Below are positions 10,299 through 19,394 of a stretch of DNA of 64,000 nt, piece by piece. Position 1 is the first letter of the stretch. Each line of letters starts with the position of its first letter. The DNA is from Candidatus Melainabacteria bacterium 17Bon1m (GTDB lineage: Bacteria; Cyanobacteriota; Vampirovibrionia; Obscuribacterales; Obscuribacteraceae), in the NCBI GenBank assembly GCA_032128875.1, contig JAVLKG010000005.1:160001-224000 (forward strand), read 5' to 3'. The position numbers and the translations under genes were made by a program. Below the pieces are notes generated by a model that saw nothing but the letters and a program-made list of their open reading frames with translations, ran no database searches and was not told the origin of the DNA.

Positions 10299-10916
10299 TT
10301 ACTGACGCCAGGCGGCGTACTTTTCGAAAGTCTTTTCCGCGTACCCTTCCAGATCGCGCGGGCTGATCACCGACACCGTCTTGCTCGACGACGTCGTGCC
10401 GTTGTAGGTCGTGTAAGACCCGACACCGTGACCGATCTCACTCATGTTGGAACGCATGAAGGTGAGCACTTCCTGGTCCTGGGCGGTGCCGAAAGCGGTC
10501 TGCATCAGCGCGTGCCCGAGGTCACCGTCCGAGAGAACTTTGTCGTCGTCGACATCGAGCGTGGTGAAGTTCTGCGTGGCAAACGGAGCCACCAGTGGCA
10601 CCATCTCGAGGAATTTGCGCACGCGAGCCGGAGCCGTGACAGCCGTGATTACAGCCGCCAAAAGGATTCCGCCGGCGCTGCCGCCGAGCATGCCGAAAGC
10701 GACCGGCCAGTTGCGGTCGGTGAAGATTTCGAATCCGAAGATAAGCGAGGGGATGATGACGAGTGCTGCCGCGACAACAGTGGCGATACCCACCTGTCGT
10801 GCCAGAACGCCTTTGCCCTTGTGCTCGAGTGCGCCGACGATTAGCCAGCCAATCAAGGCGCCAACCATCGCACACATGCTCCCGAAGAACATGAGGAAGA
10901 AGATTTCGAATGTCAT
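10299..10916 (-). CDS. 3-TM membrane protein with C-terminal EF-hand-like domain (paralogue B)
   Basis: FTTLDVDDDKVLSDGDL; shares LARQV, FMRxN, IGHxVGSY, VSVI..DLE.YA and KYAxWR motifs with paralogue A. Confidence 0.75.
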   Translation of the reverse strand: MTFEIFFLMFFGSMCAMVGALIGWLIVGALEHKGKGVLARQVGIATVVAAALVIIPSLIFGFEIFTDRNWPVAFGMLGGSAGGILLAAVITAVTAPARVRKFLEMVPLVAPFATQNFTTLDVDDDKVLSDGDLGHALMQTAFGTAQDQEVLTFMRSNMSEIGHGVGSYTTYNGTTSSSKTVSVISPRDLEGYAEKTFEKYAAWRQ

Positions 10917-10949
10917 TGATGTCTCCATCAGTTGCATGAATGAAGCGAG

Positions 10950-11264
10950 CTAGTCCTTGTCTTTGTTCGCTTGTTGCGATTTCTTTGCGTCGCCGCAAAG
11001 AGCGAAGATCACGCCTGACGTGAAGGACAGGAGTGCGACAGCGATCATGGCGGCGACGAACTTTGAGCCGATGACGAGCGCAAGAACGCCAGCCAACCAG
11101 TTCGATGCAAACGAGCCGAAGAGAATCGCCAGAATTAGAAGTCCGTAGGCATAAGGCTTCGCCTTGGGCGCCCACGAATACCGATGCAGTCGAACCCCGG
11201 CGAGCATGCCGCCGATCAGTGAGGATACTGCCAGAACGAGAGGCAGTAATTGATACTGCTCCAT
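10950..11264 (-). CDS. Small membrane protein
   Basis: 104 aa, 3-4 TM helices, AGGA RBS. Confidence 0.65.
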   Translation of the reverse strand: MEQYQLLPLVLAVSSLIGGMLAGVRLHRYSWAPKAKPYAYGLLILAILFGSFASNWLAGVLALVIGSKFVAAMIAVALLSFTSGVIFALCGDAKKSQQANKDKD

Positions 11265-11380
11265 GGAGCTAGTTCCTAGTTTCGTTTCAGGAAGGCGGGA
11301 CGGAGATTTCCTGCAAGTGTTTCTCGCGATGTTTTGCGCACTTGAAGTTCATCCCCGCCCGGCTTTCGTTTCTGATGGCC

Positions 11381-11695
11381 TTATACAGCAGGCGGAAGCC
11401 CGCTGCGAACACGGCCCGTTACGACGTTGTACGCGATGGTCAGTGCCGTAGTGGCAGCGAAACCCGCGAACATCCAGCCCGAGATTTCAAACGCGCTCTG
11501 CTTGATGCCGAGCTGCCCAACGAAGACGTTGGCGAACCAGGCGGACGTGAGCGGGCTGAAGTGCATGAAGACGAAGTAGCTCGCGACGCCGATGGCGGCG
11601 GCAACTTGTCCGACCGGGAGGATATGTGCAACGGCGATGCCCAGTCCGACAGCGATGAGGACCAGGACGAGTGTGAGAGCCTCGATGTTTTCCAT
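11381..11695 (-). CDS. Small membrane protein
   Basis: Start MENIEALTLVLVL after a GAGGAG RBS; three hydrophobic helices. Confidence 0.65.
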   Translation of the reverse strand: MENIEALTLVLVLIAVGLGIAVAHILPVGQVAAAIGVASYFVFMHFSPLTSAWFANVFVGQLGIKQSAFEISGWMFAGFAATTALTIAYNVVTGRVRSGLPPAV

Positions 11696-11858
11696 CTGAC
11701 TCCTCGCAAAAATAGCGTTGTTCGCTGGTCGATTTTGCGACCAGGGGTGGACGGGTCGACGATGAGCGGCAGCACTTGCGCGCTGCAACTCATCGCGTAC
11801 CCCGCAGGCTCTTAGCCGCCAGAGCCGTGGCACGAGGGCAATGCCCTCGCTTTTCTTG

Positions 11859-13547
11859 TTACGCTTGACCCGCGAATTCCTTTGCAGGGTAAGCATTGTC
11901 GACGATTTGCTTCGCGTCGACCTTTGCAGGCAGCGTGCCAAAGGCATAGCCGCCCGCATTCGTCAGTCGCGAGGCGACAAAAGCCTTTGCCGACTCTTCG
12001 GAAGCATCACGCAGCATCAGCGAAGCCTGAAGCGCGAGCGCCAGGCGTTCTACGAAGCGGCGAGCCGTCTTCTCGAGAGAGGCTGCAGCAGTGTTTGTGG
12101 CAGGCTTGGTCTTGAGCGCCTTGATGTCGTGTTTCACCGAAGCCACGAACATGTCGTAGCGCCGATTGCGACCCAATGCGCTGTCCAACTCGTCGACGAC
12201 TGCGTCGAGCGTGTTGGGGTTGGTCGAAACCGCCCTCAACACATCCAGGCAAATCACGTTGCCGGAGCCTTCCCAGATGCCCAGAAGCGGGCTTTCCCGG
12301 AAGAGGCGAGGCATCGGACCTTCTTCGACGTAACCGTTGCCGCCGAAGCACTCCAGTGCTTCCGCCACCGCCATTGGTGCACGCTTGCAGACCCAGTATT
12401 TGGCAATCGCGCTGACGATGCGCTTGAACTGAGCCTCCTTGGTGGACGTCTCCGCCTTGTCGTAGGCGTTCGCGACACGCATCATCAGACGCGTAGCTGC
12501 TTCCGACTCCAGAGCCAGGTCCGCCAGGACGTTGACCATCAGCGGCTGCTCACTGAGCAGCTTGCCGAATGCAGAGCGATGATGGCAGTGATGCATCGCC
12601 TGCAGAAGCGACTGCCGCATCAAGGCCGCTGAGCCGATGATGCAGTCGAGCCGCGTGTGGTTGACCATCTCGATGATCGTGGGCACGCCGCGCCCTTCGT
12701 CGCCGATCAAGAACCCGAGCGCGTTGTCCAGCTCAATCTCGCTGGACGCGTTGGATTTGTTGCCCAACTTGTCCTTGAGACGCTGGATGAAGATAGCGTT
12801 CTTTTCCCCGGTCGGCTTGAAGCGCGGCACCAGGAAACATGACGGACCCTTCTCCGTTTGCGCCAGGATCAAGAACGCGTCCGACATGGGCGCCGAGCAA
12901 AACCACTTGTGGCCGGTCAGGAAGTACTCCTTACCCGGTCCCGCAGCGCCGACAGGCACCGCTTTCGTGGTGTTGGCGCGCACATCCGATCCGCCCTGCT
13001 TCTCCGTCATTCCCATGCCGATGGTCACACCGGTCTTCTGGAAGTACGGCAGGAAGCGCGAATCGTACGCGTTCGACGTGATCAGCGGTTCCCAGACAGC
13101 GGCAATCTCCGGCTGCTTGCGCAGCGCAGGAATCGCCGAATACGTCATGGAGACCGGGCAGCAGTGTCCTGCTTCATTCTGGAACGCCATGTACAGCAGA
13201 GCTGCACGCGCCACATGCGCACCTTCGCGGGGATCCGTCCAGGGCAGGCTGTGAGCGCCGGCTTTGATAGAAGCAGACATGAGATGGTGATAGCTGGGAT
13301 GGAAGTCGACCTGGTCGATGCGCTCACCAAAACGCGAGTGCGTTTTCAGCACCGGCGGGTAGGTGTTCGCCTCGATGGCGCTTCCAATGCCAAAGGCGCT
13401 ACCGGCAAACAAGCCGAAGCCCTTAAGTCTATCCTCAGCCCAATCAGCGCCGTAGCGCTTGATCAAGTCTTGCAGCAAAGCATCGCTTTCGAACATGTTG
13501 TAGTCCAAAAGCGGCTTTGCTTGGTTGAATACAGCATGAGTTGCCAT
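11859..13547 (-). CDS. aidB: AidB-like acyl-CoA dehydrogenase
   Basis: THAVFNQAKPL N-terminus, GHCCPVSMTY, GMGMTEKQGGSDV, GHKWFCSAP, RLKDKLGNKSNASSE, GGNGYVEE, IWEGSGNV. Confidence 0.9.
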   Translation of the reverse strand: MATHAVFNQAKPLLDYNMFESDALLQDLIKRYGADWAEDRLKGFGLFAGSAFGIGSAIEANTYPPVLKTHSRFGERIDQVDFHPSYHHLMSASIKAGAHSLPWTDPREGAHVARAALLYMAFQNEAGHCCPVSMTYSAIPALRKQPEIAAVWEPLITSNAYDSRFLPYFQKTGVTIGMGMTEKQGGSDVRANTTKAVPVGAAGPGKEYFLTGHKWFCSAPMSDAFLILAQTEKGPSCFLVPRFKPTGEKNAIFIQRLKDKLGNKSNASSEIELDNALGFLIGDEGRGVPTIIEMVNHTRLDCIIGSAALMRQSLLQAMHHCHHRSAFGKLLSEQPLMVNVLADLALESEAATRLMMRVANAYDKAETSTKEAQFKRIVSAIAKYWVCKRAPMAVAEALECFGGNGYVEEGPMPRLFRESPLLGIWEGSGNVICLDVLRAVSTNPNTLDAVVDELDSALGRNRRYDMFVASVKHDIKALKTKPATNTAAASLEKTARRFVERLALALQASLMLRDASEESAKAFVASRLTNAGGYAFGTLPAKVDAKQIVDNAYPAKEFAGQA

Positions 13548-14014
13548 TTTAGGTTCCTCGTAGACTATTTTCAGCCGGAATAAACTTGCAAAAGTCCTTC
13601 CACCTCTCTCACCTTGGGCTTCTCCAATTCAGGCGTGCTGTTCTTTGACACAGGAGTGTCTTAAAAGCGCATTTGAATAAGCGTATTGACGCTGTTTTTG
13701 CTGGAGATGTCGTGGGAAAGAAGTAATGGGAAGGAAGGCTTATTACATAGCTGAAAAGAGGAAGAAACTTCTATGAAGTGGTGTAACGAGGTGCTTCGTA
13801 ATAGATCTCAATTAGAGAAAACACGGAATTGAAAACGCTTAGCACATGCGCGTTTTCATTGTTTTCCTTTGCACTGCTCGAACTTTATACAGCCGGTTTG
13901 CCTTGTTTTCTTTGCCGCAGTTTATCTATTCCGCGTAGTGCTAGCACCGCACTGCAAGCGTCCGGACTGATGTCAAGCGGCAAAAGTTAGGTGCCAATTC
14001 TTGTGGGAGAAAGG

Positions 14015-14602
14015 TCAGTTTTTCCAAGCTTCCGGTTCTGCCGTAACCGTTACAGTCAGTTTTGAGCTGGATGTAAGACCGGAAGCTCCCAGCTCTGCAA
14101 CCTTCTCTCTTTCTTCTACAAACTGATTTGTAGCGACCGAAAGTCGCCTCAGGTGAAAGTATGCGACCAAGTAACTTCCTTCGTATCTTATGATGACCGC
14201 TCTGCCGTAACCACCACACCAGCCTGCATACAGCACTTTTCCTTTCGCCAATGAATAAAGCGGACTGCCTAACGGACCATCGAAACGTGCTGTAAAAATC
14301 TGCTTTCCGCGATCTCTTTGAGGTGGTTCTACGGTGTGCACTCTTAGCGCATTGGCGAATAGTTCGTACTTGCCTGGCGAGGCTATATGAGTTCTCGAGA
14401 TTAGTTTTAAGTGTGAATTTGCAGCTATTTTTCTGACTGCGTCTTCAACAAATTCTCTTACTGGATGCTCGACACCGCTCTCGAAGATTGGAGAGGCTGA
14501 AGGTTCGCTTGCCGCAAACGTAGGAGGTGTCTGAACTGGAAAAAAACAAATTGAAAGCGCTAGAAGGGACGCGTAATGAAGTTTGCGCGATATGTGTTGC
14601 AT
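14015..14602 (-). CDS. Exported M23/LytM-domain protein, probably catalytically degenerate
   Basis: Signal peptide; GSPLYSLAKGKVLYAGWCGGYGRAVII..YFHL..V..GASG M23 pattern; HxxxD and HxH zinc ligands absent. Confidence 0.72.
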   Translation of the reverse strand: MQHISRKLHYASLLALSICFFPVQTPPTFAASEPSASPIFESGVEHPVREFVEDAVRKIAANSHLKLISRTHIASPGKYELFANALRVHTVEPPQRDRGKQIFTARFDGPLGSPLYSLAKGKVLYAGWCGGYGRAVIIRYEGSYLVAYFHLRRLSVATNQFVEEREKVAELGASGLTSSSKLTVTVTAEPEAWKN

Positions 14603-14683
14603 GGTTTCGTGACCAATTTGTCTGGCTATTATTGCAGACTCTGGTTTGATGACTTGAGTTACGACTAATGGTCGAAGCGCTCG

Positions 14684-15019
14684 CTATTGAGTTCCAGCCA
14701 TAAGTTCGATAACAAGCTTGAAGTAAGCCTCCAGGTCGTTGCGGGAGATGGAATCAAGCATTGAGTCTTCTCCTTCGTCAAACGAGTCAGCAATCGCCTC
14801 ACGATTATCCAGTAAAAACTGTATAAAGCTCTTCTCTTTGGCGTCTCTTCCCGGCGTCGTCAGCTCATCTTCAAGCTCGGTGTACTCCAGGTATCCGTTG
14901 CCGTTGCGGTCCAACGTGTCGAAGGTCTTGTACGCAAACTCTTTGATGCGTGTCAGCTCGTATGTCATTGAGCCTGAGCTGCCGCTGCCGAACCATGCGT
15001 TGTTTTCGTTGTCCGCCAT
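14684..15019 (-). CDS. Soluble EF-hand protein
   Basis: Canonical EF loop in FDTLDRNGNGYLEYTEL; second loop-like DSISRNDL; AGGAG RBS. Confidence 0.75.
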   Translation of the reverse strand: MADNENNAWFGSGSSGSMTYELTRIKEFAYKTFDTLDRNGNGYLEYTELEDELTTPGRDAKEKSFIQFLLDNREAIADSFDEGEDSMLDSISRNDLEAYFKLVIELMAGTQ

Positions 15020-15120
15020 GGGCTTCTCCTGCGCGACAAGGTAACTCCAATTCGAGGATTCTATTCCTCACTCAAAAGACTGTTCCCTGATTTAGGATGA
15101 ATTCCACGAATCGCCGCAAT

Positions 15121-15138
15121 TGGCAATTCTTCTCGCCA
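15121..15138. promoter_or_regulatory. Putative MocR-type operator (TGGC-N10-GCCA)
   Basis: TGGCAATTCTTCTCGCCA upstream of the TPR-MocR unit; similar element at 29751-29770. Confidence 0.3.
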
Positions 15139-15224
15139 AGTGAAGTGTCCTGTAATCAGCATTCGCATGTTGTTTCGTCCATGAAAAGTCGTGGGTACAT
15201 TTAGAGAACGAAACCGGCAATTGG

Positions 15225-16523
15225 TTGACGGTTTGGAGTGGAAACGTGCGGTTTGCAAAAACTTACCGATGTGGACGCACAGCGCTTATTCTGGCGCTGC
15301 TCTTTGCTGTTTCAACCAACGATGTTCAAGCGCAGATGGTGCAAGACCTCATCCGGCGCGGCGTTCAGGCATACAATGCGCGTCAGTACGCATCTGCGGT
15401 CAACAATTTGCAAGCGGCTGTTTCTCGCGACCCGGAAAATGACACTGCCCATTACTATTTGGGCAATGCTTTGATGGCCTGTGGCAATAAAACTCACGCG
15501 CTGCAGGAGTATTCGCGTGCATTTCAGTATTCGATGGATGGCGAAATGCTGGACAATTGTGCGCGCGTGTTAGAAGCCTACCGCCAGCCGTTGCCGCGCC
15601 GAACTCCACGTGCCCGCCGAAGTGCCGCTGGTCTCAACCCCTATACCACAGGCTCCGTACAGGAAATGAATCGGCTGGCCGAAACGCGTGTATCGCAAGC
15701 GCGCCGCGCGATGGAGAGCCATTCCAGTTCTCTCGATGTTTTCAAAACCGCTCCGGAGAATAAAGACGGCATGAATAGGGCTTGGGACGACTGGATTCTC
15801 AAATATCGCTATGCCTTTAACAATGTTTTGAAAACATATACCGGCGGTCGCAGGCGATCGGGCAAAACGCGCATGGTCTTTAGCGTGACTAGCGCTGGAC
15901 GCTTGCGTGGACGCATCGTCGACACAGATGCGCCGATATTTCTCACTGATGCAATGCTTGCTACGACACGCAAACTAGACGGTGACTCCGGACTTTCATT
16001 TCCGTCGGGTTCGCAAATTCCCGGCTTCAATTTCACGATGACTTACGACTACGGTGCGCCGGAGCCGGAGCCCACCACCACAGCTGCCCTCAGAACAACT
16101 AATACAAGTGCAGCGCTGCGAGCGCCGGGCGGACAGAGTGCGGTTGCAGGCAAACTCGCAGGTCCGCAGGTGAATTCGACTCTGTCATCGACGAGCACTT
16201 CGGCGGCGCTTGCTGCAAAAAATACGAAGGCTGGGCTGAAATTGCCTGAGGGCGACCGTGCCACTGCAGCCGGGACGCTTGCCGGCACAAACGTTGCAGG
16301 CAAGATGGGCGCCGGTTCTACGAGCGCCGGAATGTCTGCTGGAGCGGCTGACGGGCTGGGTGCCGATAGTGACGGAGGGCTGCCTAGTGTGAGCACCGAT
16401 GTAAGCGGTTTGCTTTTGCCCAAGCCCAAGATGGAAGAGCTTAAGGCTGCTCCTGCAAAGCTTTTGCAAAGCAAAGGTTCGTCTGGTAAAGTCTTGCCGA
16501 AAGGCAAAAACAAGCGGAAATAG
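15225..16523 (+). CDS. Exported TPR protein with TonB-C-like domain and low-complexity tail
   Basis: Signal peptide, TPR (DPENDTAHYYLGNALM), MVFSVTSAGRL..LSFPSGS TonB-C-like segment, Ala/Gly/Ser tail. Start position uncertain. Confidence 0.65.
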   Translation: MTVWSGNVRFAKTYRCGRTALILALLFAVSTNDVQAQMVQDLIRRGVQAYNARQYASAVNNLQAAVSRDPENDTAHYYLGNALMACGNKTHALQEYSRAFQYSMDGEMLDNCARVLEAYRQPLPRRTPRARRSAAGLNPYTTGSVQEMNRLAETRVSQARRAMESHSSSLDVFKTAPENKDGMNRAWDDWILKYRYAFNNVLKTYTGGRRRSGKTRMVFSVTSAGRLRGRIVDTDAPIFLTDAMLATTRKLDGDSGLSFPSGSQIPGFNFTMTYDYGAPEPEPTTTAALRTTNTSAALRAPGGQSAVAGKLAGPQVNSTLSSTSTSAALAAKNTKAGLKLPEGDRATAAGTLAGTNVAGKMGAGSTSAGMSAGAADGLGADSDGGLPSVSTDVSGLLLPKPKMEELKAAPAKLLQSKGSSGKVLPKGKNKRK

Positions 16524-16547
16524 GATAACAACGGCAGCAGAATTAGT

Positions 16548-18014
16548 ATGGATCTCTCCTTCTTAAAACAAACTGAAAGACGCAGCGGCGGGTCACGCTG
16601 GCTCAGTTCTGCGATTTCAGGAGCTATCGAGGAAGGAAGGCTTGTTGTGGGTGATCGCATGCCGTCTTCGCGTGACCTGGCACTTTTTCTTGGTATCGCC
16701 CGTGCTACCGTTGTATCGGCATATGATGAATTGATTGCCAGCGGTTATTTGTCAGCGGAGCGCGGCTCGGGGACGTTTGTCGCCGGTGGCAAAGCTAATA
16801 CTTTCAAGCAACATCCGGCATCTGTTTATAGCACAGATAAATTTGATTGGACTCTGATCGGAAGTGATAATGCCGAGCGGCTGCGCGCGCTGCCATCTCA
16901 ATTGGAAGTTTTGGGAGATTGGGATCCTCTTAATCACGGTGCATCGCCACCCGACCTTTTGCCTGTCAGGCAGTGGCGCAAAGTGATCATCAACCAATTT
17001 ATGGAAGAGTCTAATGCGATGCCGCACCATTTCATAGACATGCTGGGATATCTTCCTTTGCGGCAGGCAATCTCGGATTTTCTCAGGCGCACGCAGGGGA
17101 TTGTCTGCGATCCGGAGCAGATCGTGATTTTTTCAAGCAATCAAAGCGCGCTCAATCACTTGTTTTCGATGCTTGTCACACCCGGCGATCTTGCTGTGTG
17201 CGAAGAACCTTGTTATGCCGGCGTGAGAGAGCAGTTTAAGCTCAAAGGTGCGCATGTCGAGACTGTTCGCGTCGATGAAAACGGAATAGACCCCAACCTT
17301 TTACCCAAAGGAAAACAACCACGCTTTCTTTATTTGACCCCTGCCCATCAGGATCCGACCGGTGCGACTCTTTCTGCATCGCGTCGAGAACAGGTGCTCA
17401 GATGGGCTTACGAAAACAATTGCTGCATTATCGAAGACGCCTGGGACACTGACTTTCATTATTCTGGATCTCCTGCACCGACACTTTTCTCATTGGATAA
17501 AAGAGAGTGCGTGATCTACCTGTACACTTTTTGGAAAACCCTGTTTCCACTCGTTGCCACCGGCTTTCTCGTATTGCCTAAAGGGCTTGTGCCGCTGTTT
17601 AGAACAGCTAAGTACATGTTCGACATCCCGATACCGCTTATTGAACATATGGCGCTTGCAGAGCTGATTTCAGAAGGTGAGCTGGAGAGGCATATTCGTA
17701 AAGTCTGGAAGGTTTTGCGGCGCCGACGTCAGTCTTTTATTCACGAGATGACGCTTCGCTTCGGCGGTTCCGTCATTTTCCTTGCCGGTGGCGCGGGGCT
17801 GCATTTGGTGGCACGCTTTTCAGAGAAGTGGACGCCGGAAGTGATTGCATCTTCCGCAAGTGATGCTGGCATCCCGCTCACACCAACTACGGAGTGCTAT
17901 AACGGCGAGCCTGTAATCAACGAGTACATGGTTTACTTCGCCGGCATTCCTGAAGAGGAGACGGTTCAACGCGTTGAAAAATTCTCGCGGAATCTGACAG
18001 CGGTTATTTCATAG
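16548..18014 (+). CDS. MocR/GabR-family PLP-dependent transcriptional regulator
   Basis: GntR wHTH (MPSSRDLA..ARATVVSAYDEL..GYL..RGSGTFV) plus aminotransferase-like domain (TPAHQDPTG, IIEDAWD, TFWK). Confidence 0.9.
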   Translation: MDLSFLKQTERRSGGSRWLSSAISGAIEEGRLVVGDRMPSSRDLALFLGIARATVVSAYDELIASGYLSAERGSGTFVAGGKANTFKQHPASVYSTDKFDWTLIGSDNAERLRALPSQLEVLGDWDPLNHGASPPDLLPVRQWRKVIINQFMEESNAMPHHFIDMLGYLPLRQAISDFLRRTQGIVCDPEQIVIFSSNQSALNHLFSMLVTPGDLAVCEEPCYAGVREQFKLKGAHVETVRVDENGIDPNLLPKGKQPRFLYLTPAHQDPTGATLSASRREQVLRWAYENNCCIIEDAWDTDFHYSGSPAPTLFSLDKRECVIYLYTFWKTLFPLVATGFLVLPKGLVPLFRTAKYMFDIPIPLIEHMALAELISEGELERHIRKVWKVLRRRRQSFIHEMTLRFGGSVIFLAGGAGLHLVARFSEKWTPEVIASSASDAGIPLTPTTECYNGEPVINEYMVYFAGIPEEETVQRVEKFSRNLTAVIS

Positions 18015-18016
18015 CA

Positions 18017-18766
18017 TCATTTTTCGTCTAAGAAGTCAGCGAAGTCTCTGGATTCAACGCCTTTGTTGAGAACTTCAGCTTGCGTGCGCACTCGCCTAAA
18101 CCCTTTGGGAGCGGCGAACTCGCTGCCGTCCGATTGTCTTTTTTCGAATCCGTACAAACTAATTTCTTTGAGTGTTTCCCCGTCAAATCTGGAAAACTCC
18201 ATGGCAAGTGGAATTCCTGGTCCTTGAGGTACGGCGAGTAAATTTGCCACCATCTGATAAGCCTGACGCGGAAAACCGGGACGCGGATAAAGCCAGATGC
18301 GTCCGTCTTTCGGCAGCAGTCGCTTCCATGTTTTATCAGTGCCTCGACTGGCTTCTCGGGTTTCCATCTCATGAACTTCGCATGGGAAGCCTTTGAGCGC
18401 GGTGTTCTTCTTTGTGGTTAATCGCAAACTCGTGGGTGAACTCGGTCTGAACATCGCGGAAAACACAGCCGGCCCCACTTTCCATTCTTCTGTCTTGCAC
18501 TGGTAGTAGCGTTTGGTCTGCATGTTGGCGTAAATAACTTCCCAGTTTGGAGCGCCCATAATGAGCGCTATGCTTGATTTGCGGAAGAACATATTGACGC
18601 CGCTTTTGCCGACGAGAATATCTACGTCTCCCATCATTTCCGAGTGCTCTTTGAGAAACACCGCCGGCTCGAGTTGTTTTGCATCGGCTGGAAGAGTGCA
18701 AAACAAAAGCGTGCTGAATAGAAGGCTGGCCGCCTGCTGTTTTCCCTTGATAATTCCGTGTTTCAA
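18017..18766 (-). CDS. Exported protein, DUF4412-like; paralogue of 53319-54182
   Basis: Signal peptide; APNWEVIYANMQTKRY and GIPL..FAAPKGFRRV motifs shared with 53319-54182. Confidence 0.6.
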   Translation of the reverse strand: MKHGIIKGKQQAASLLFSTLLFCTLPADAKQLEPAVFLKEHSEMMGDVDILVGKSGVNMFFRKSSIALIMGAPNWEVIYANMQTKRYYQCKTEEWKVGPAVFSAMFRPSSPTSLRLTTKKNTALKGFPCEVHEMETREASRGTDKTWKRLLPKDGRIWLYPRPGFPRQAYQMVANLLAVPQGPGIPLAMEFSRFDGETLKEISLYGFEKRQSDGSEFAAPKGFRRVRTQAEVLNKGVESRDFADFLDEK

Positions 18767-19025
18767 AACGACATCCAGGCGTTCTAGCCAAAAGAGGTTT
18801 CACTCTAATGAAAATTAAAACCGATTGGCAATTTCGTTGTCCTAACCAATTTGTATTTCAAATACTGATGGATGTCGTCACCTGAACGCAGTAGAAAACT
18901 AAAGCTTATAGTAAAGACTCGGATTAAAAGAAGAGAAGAGCTGGTCATGCGGGTTTTTGCCGCTTGGGTCCAGTCTCCTCTTCATAAGTCGCTGATGATT
19001 GCTCACTTAAGCGACTTTGTGGCCA

Positions 19026-19211
19026 TCAGTGCGTGGCGAAAACGACCAGCACGACTGCCAAAATCACGAGTGCGAAGCCTGCACCGCCCTGGTCGAGAGC
19101 GTTGGTCTCATCGCCGGCAGCGCGGTAGCTGCTGGAACGGCGGAATGCAAACACCGCTGCGATGACGGAAATGACGGCGAAGACTGCGTAAACGATTGCT
19201 TCCACGCTCAT
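19026..19211 (-). CDS. Small 2-TM membrane protein
   Basis: 61 aa, two hydrophobic helices, GGGAGAC RBS, downstream of the PspA-like gene. Confidence 0.65.
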   Translation of the reverse strand: MSVEAIVYAVFAVISVIAAVFAFRRSSSYRAAGDETNALDQGGAGFALVILAVVLVVFATH

Positions 19212-19241
19212 GGTTGTCTCCCTTGTTGTGCGTGGATTTAA

Positions 19242-19313
19242 AGGACAAAAGGCGTCCGAAGCCAGCTCAACTCAAATCGTTCGAGTTGAAACTGACTCCG
19301 GAGCCTTTGCCCT
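19242..19313 (-). other. Long (about 32 bp) intergenic RNA hairpin
   Basis: Near-perfect stem with several G.U pairs that form only on the minus (transcribed) strand. Confidence 0.7.
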
Positions 19314-19394
19314 CAGGTGAGAAGTGGAGGCACCAACGCCTTGCGGCTAATTGATGCCCCACACCTTACTGAGACCGGAAGCTTGGCCGAAGCC

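Noticed and set aside
6458-11700. Integron cassette array interpretation of the small genes plus hairpins
   Set aside because: The hairpins lack RYYYAAC/GTTRRRY ends, most gaps lack the element, and no integrase is in the window.
11841-13583. Several 200-260-aa plus-strand ORFs opposite aidB (similar cases opposite patatin, the HD gene and 39222-40337)
   Set aside because: Shadow ORFs of well-supported minus-strand genes.
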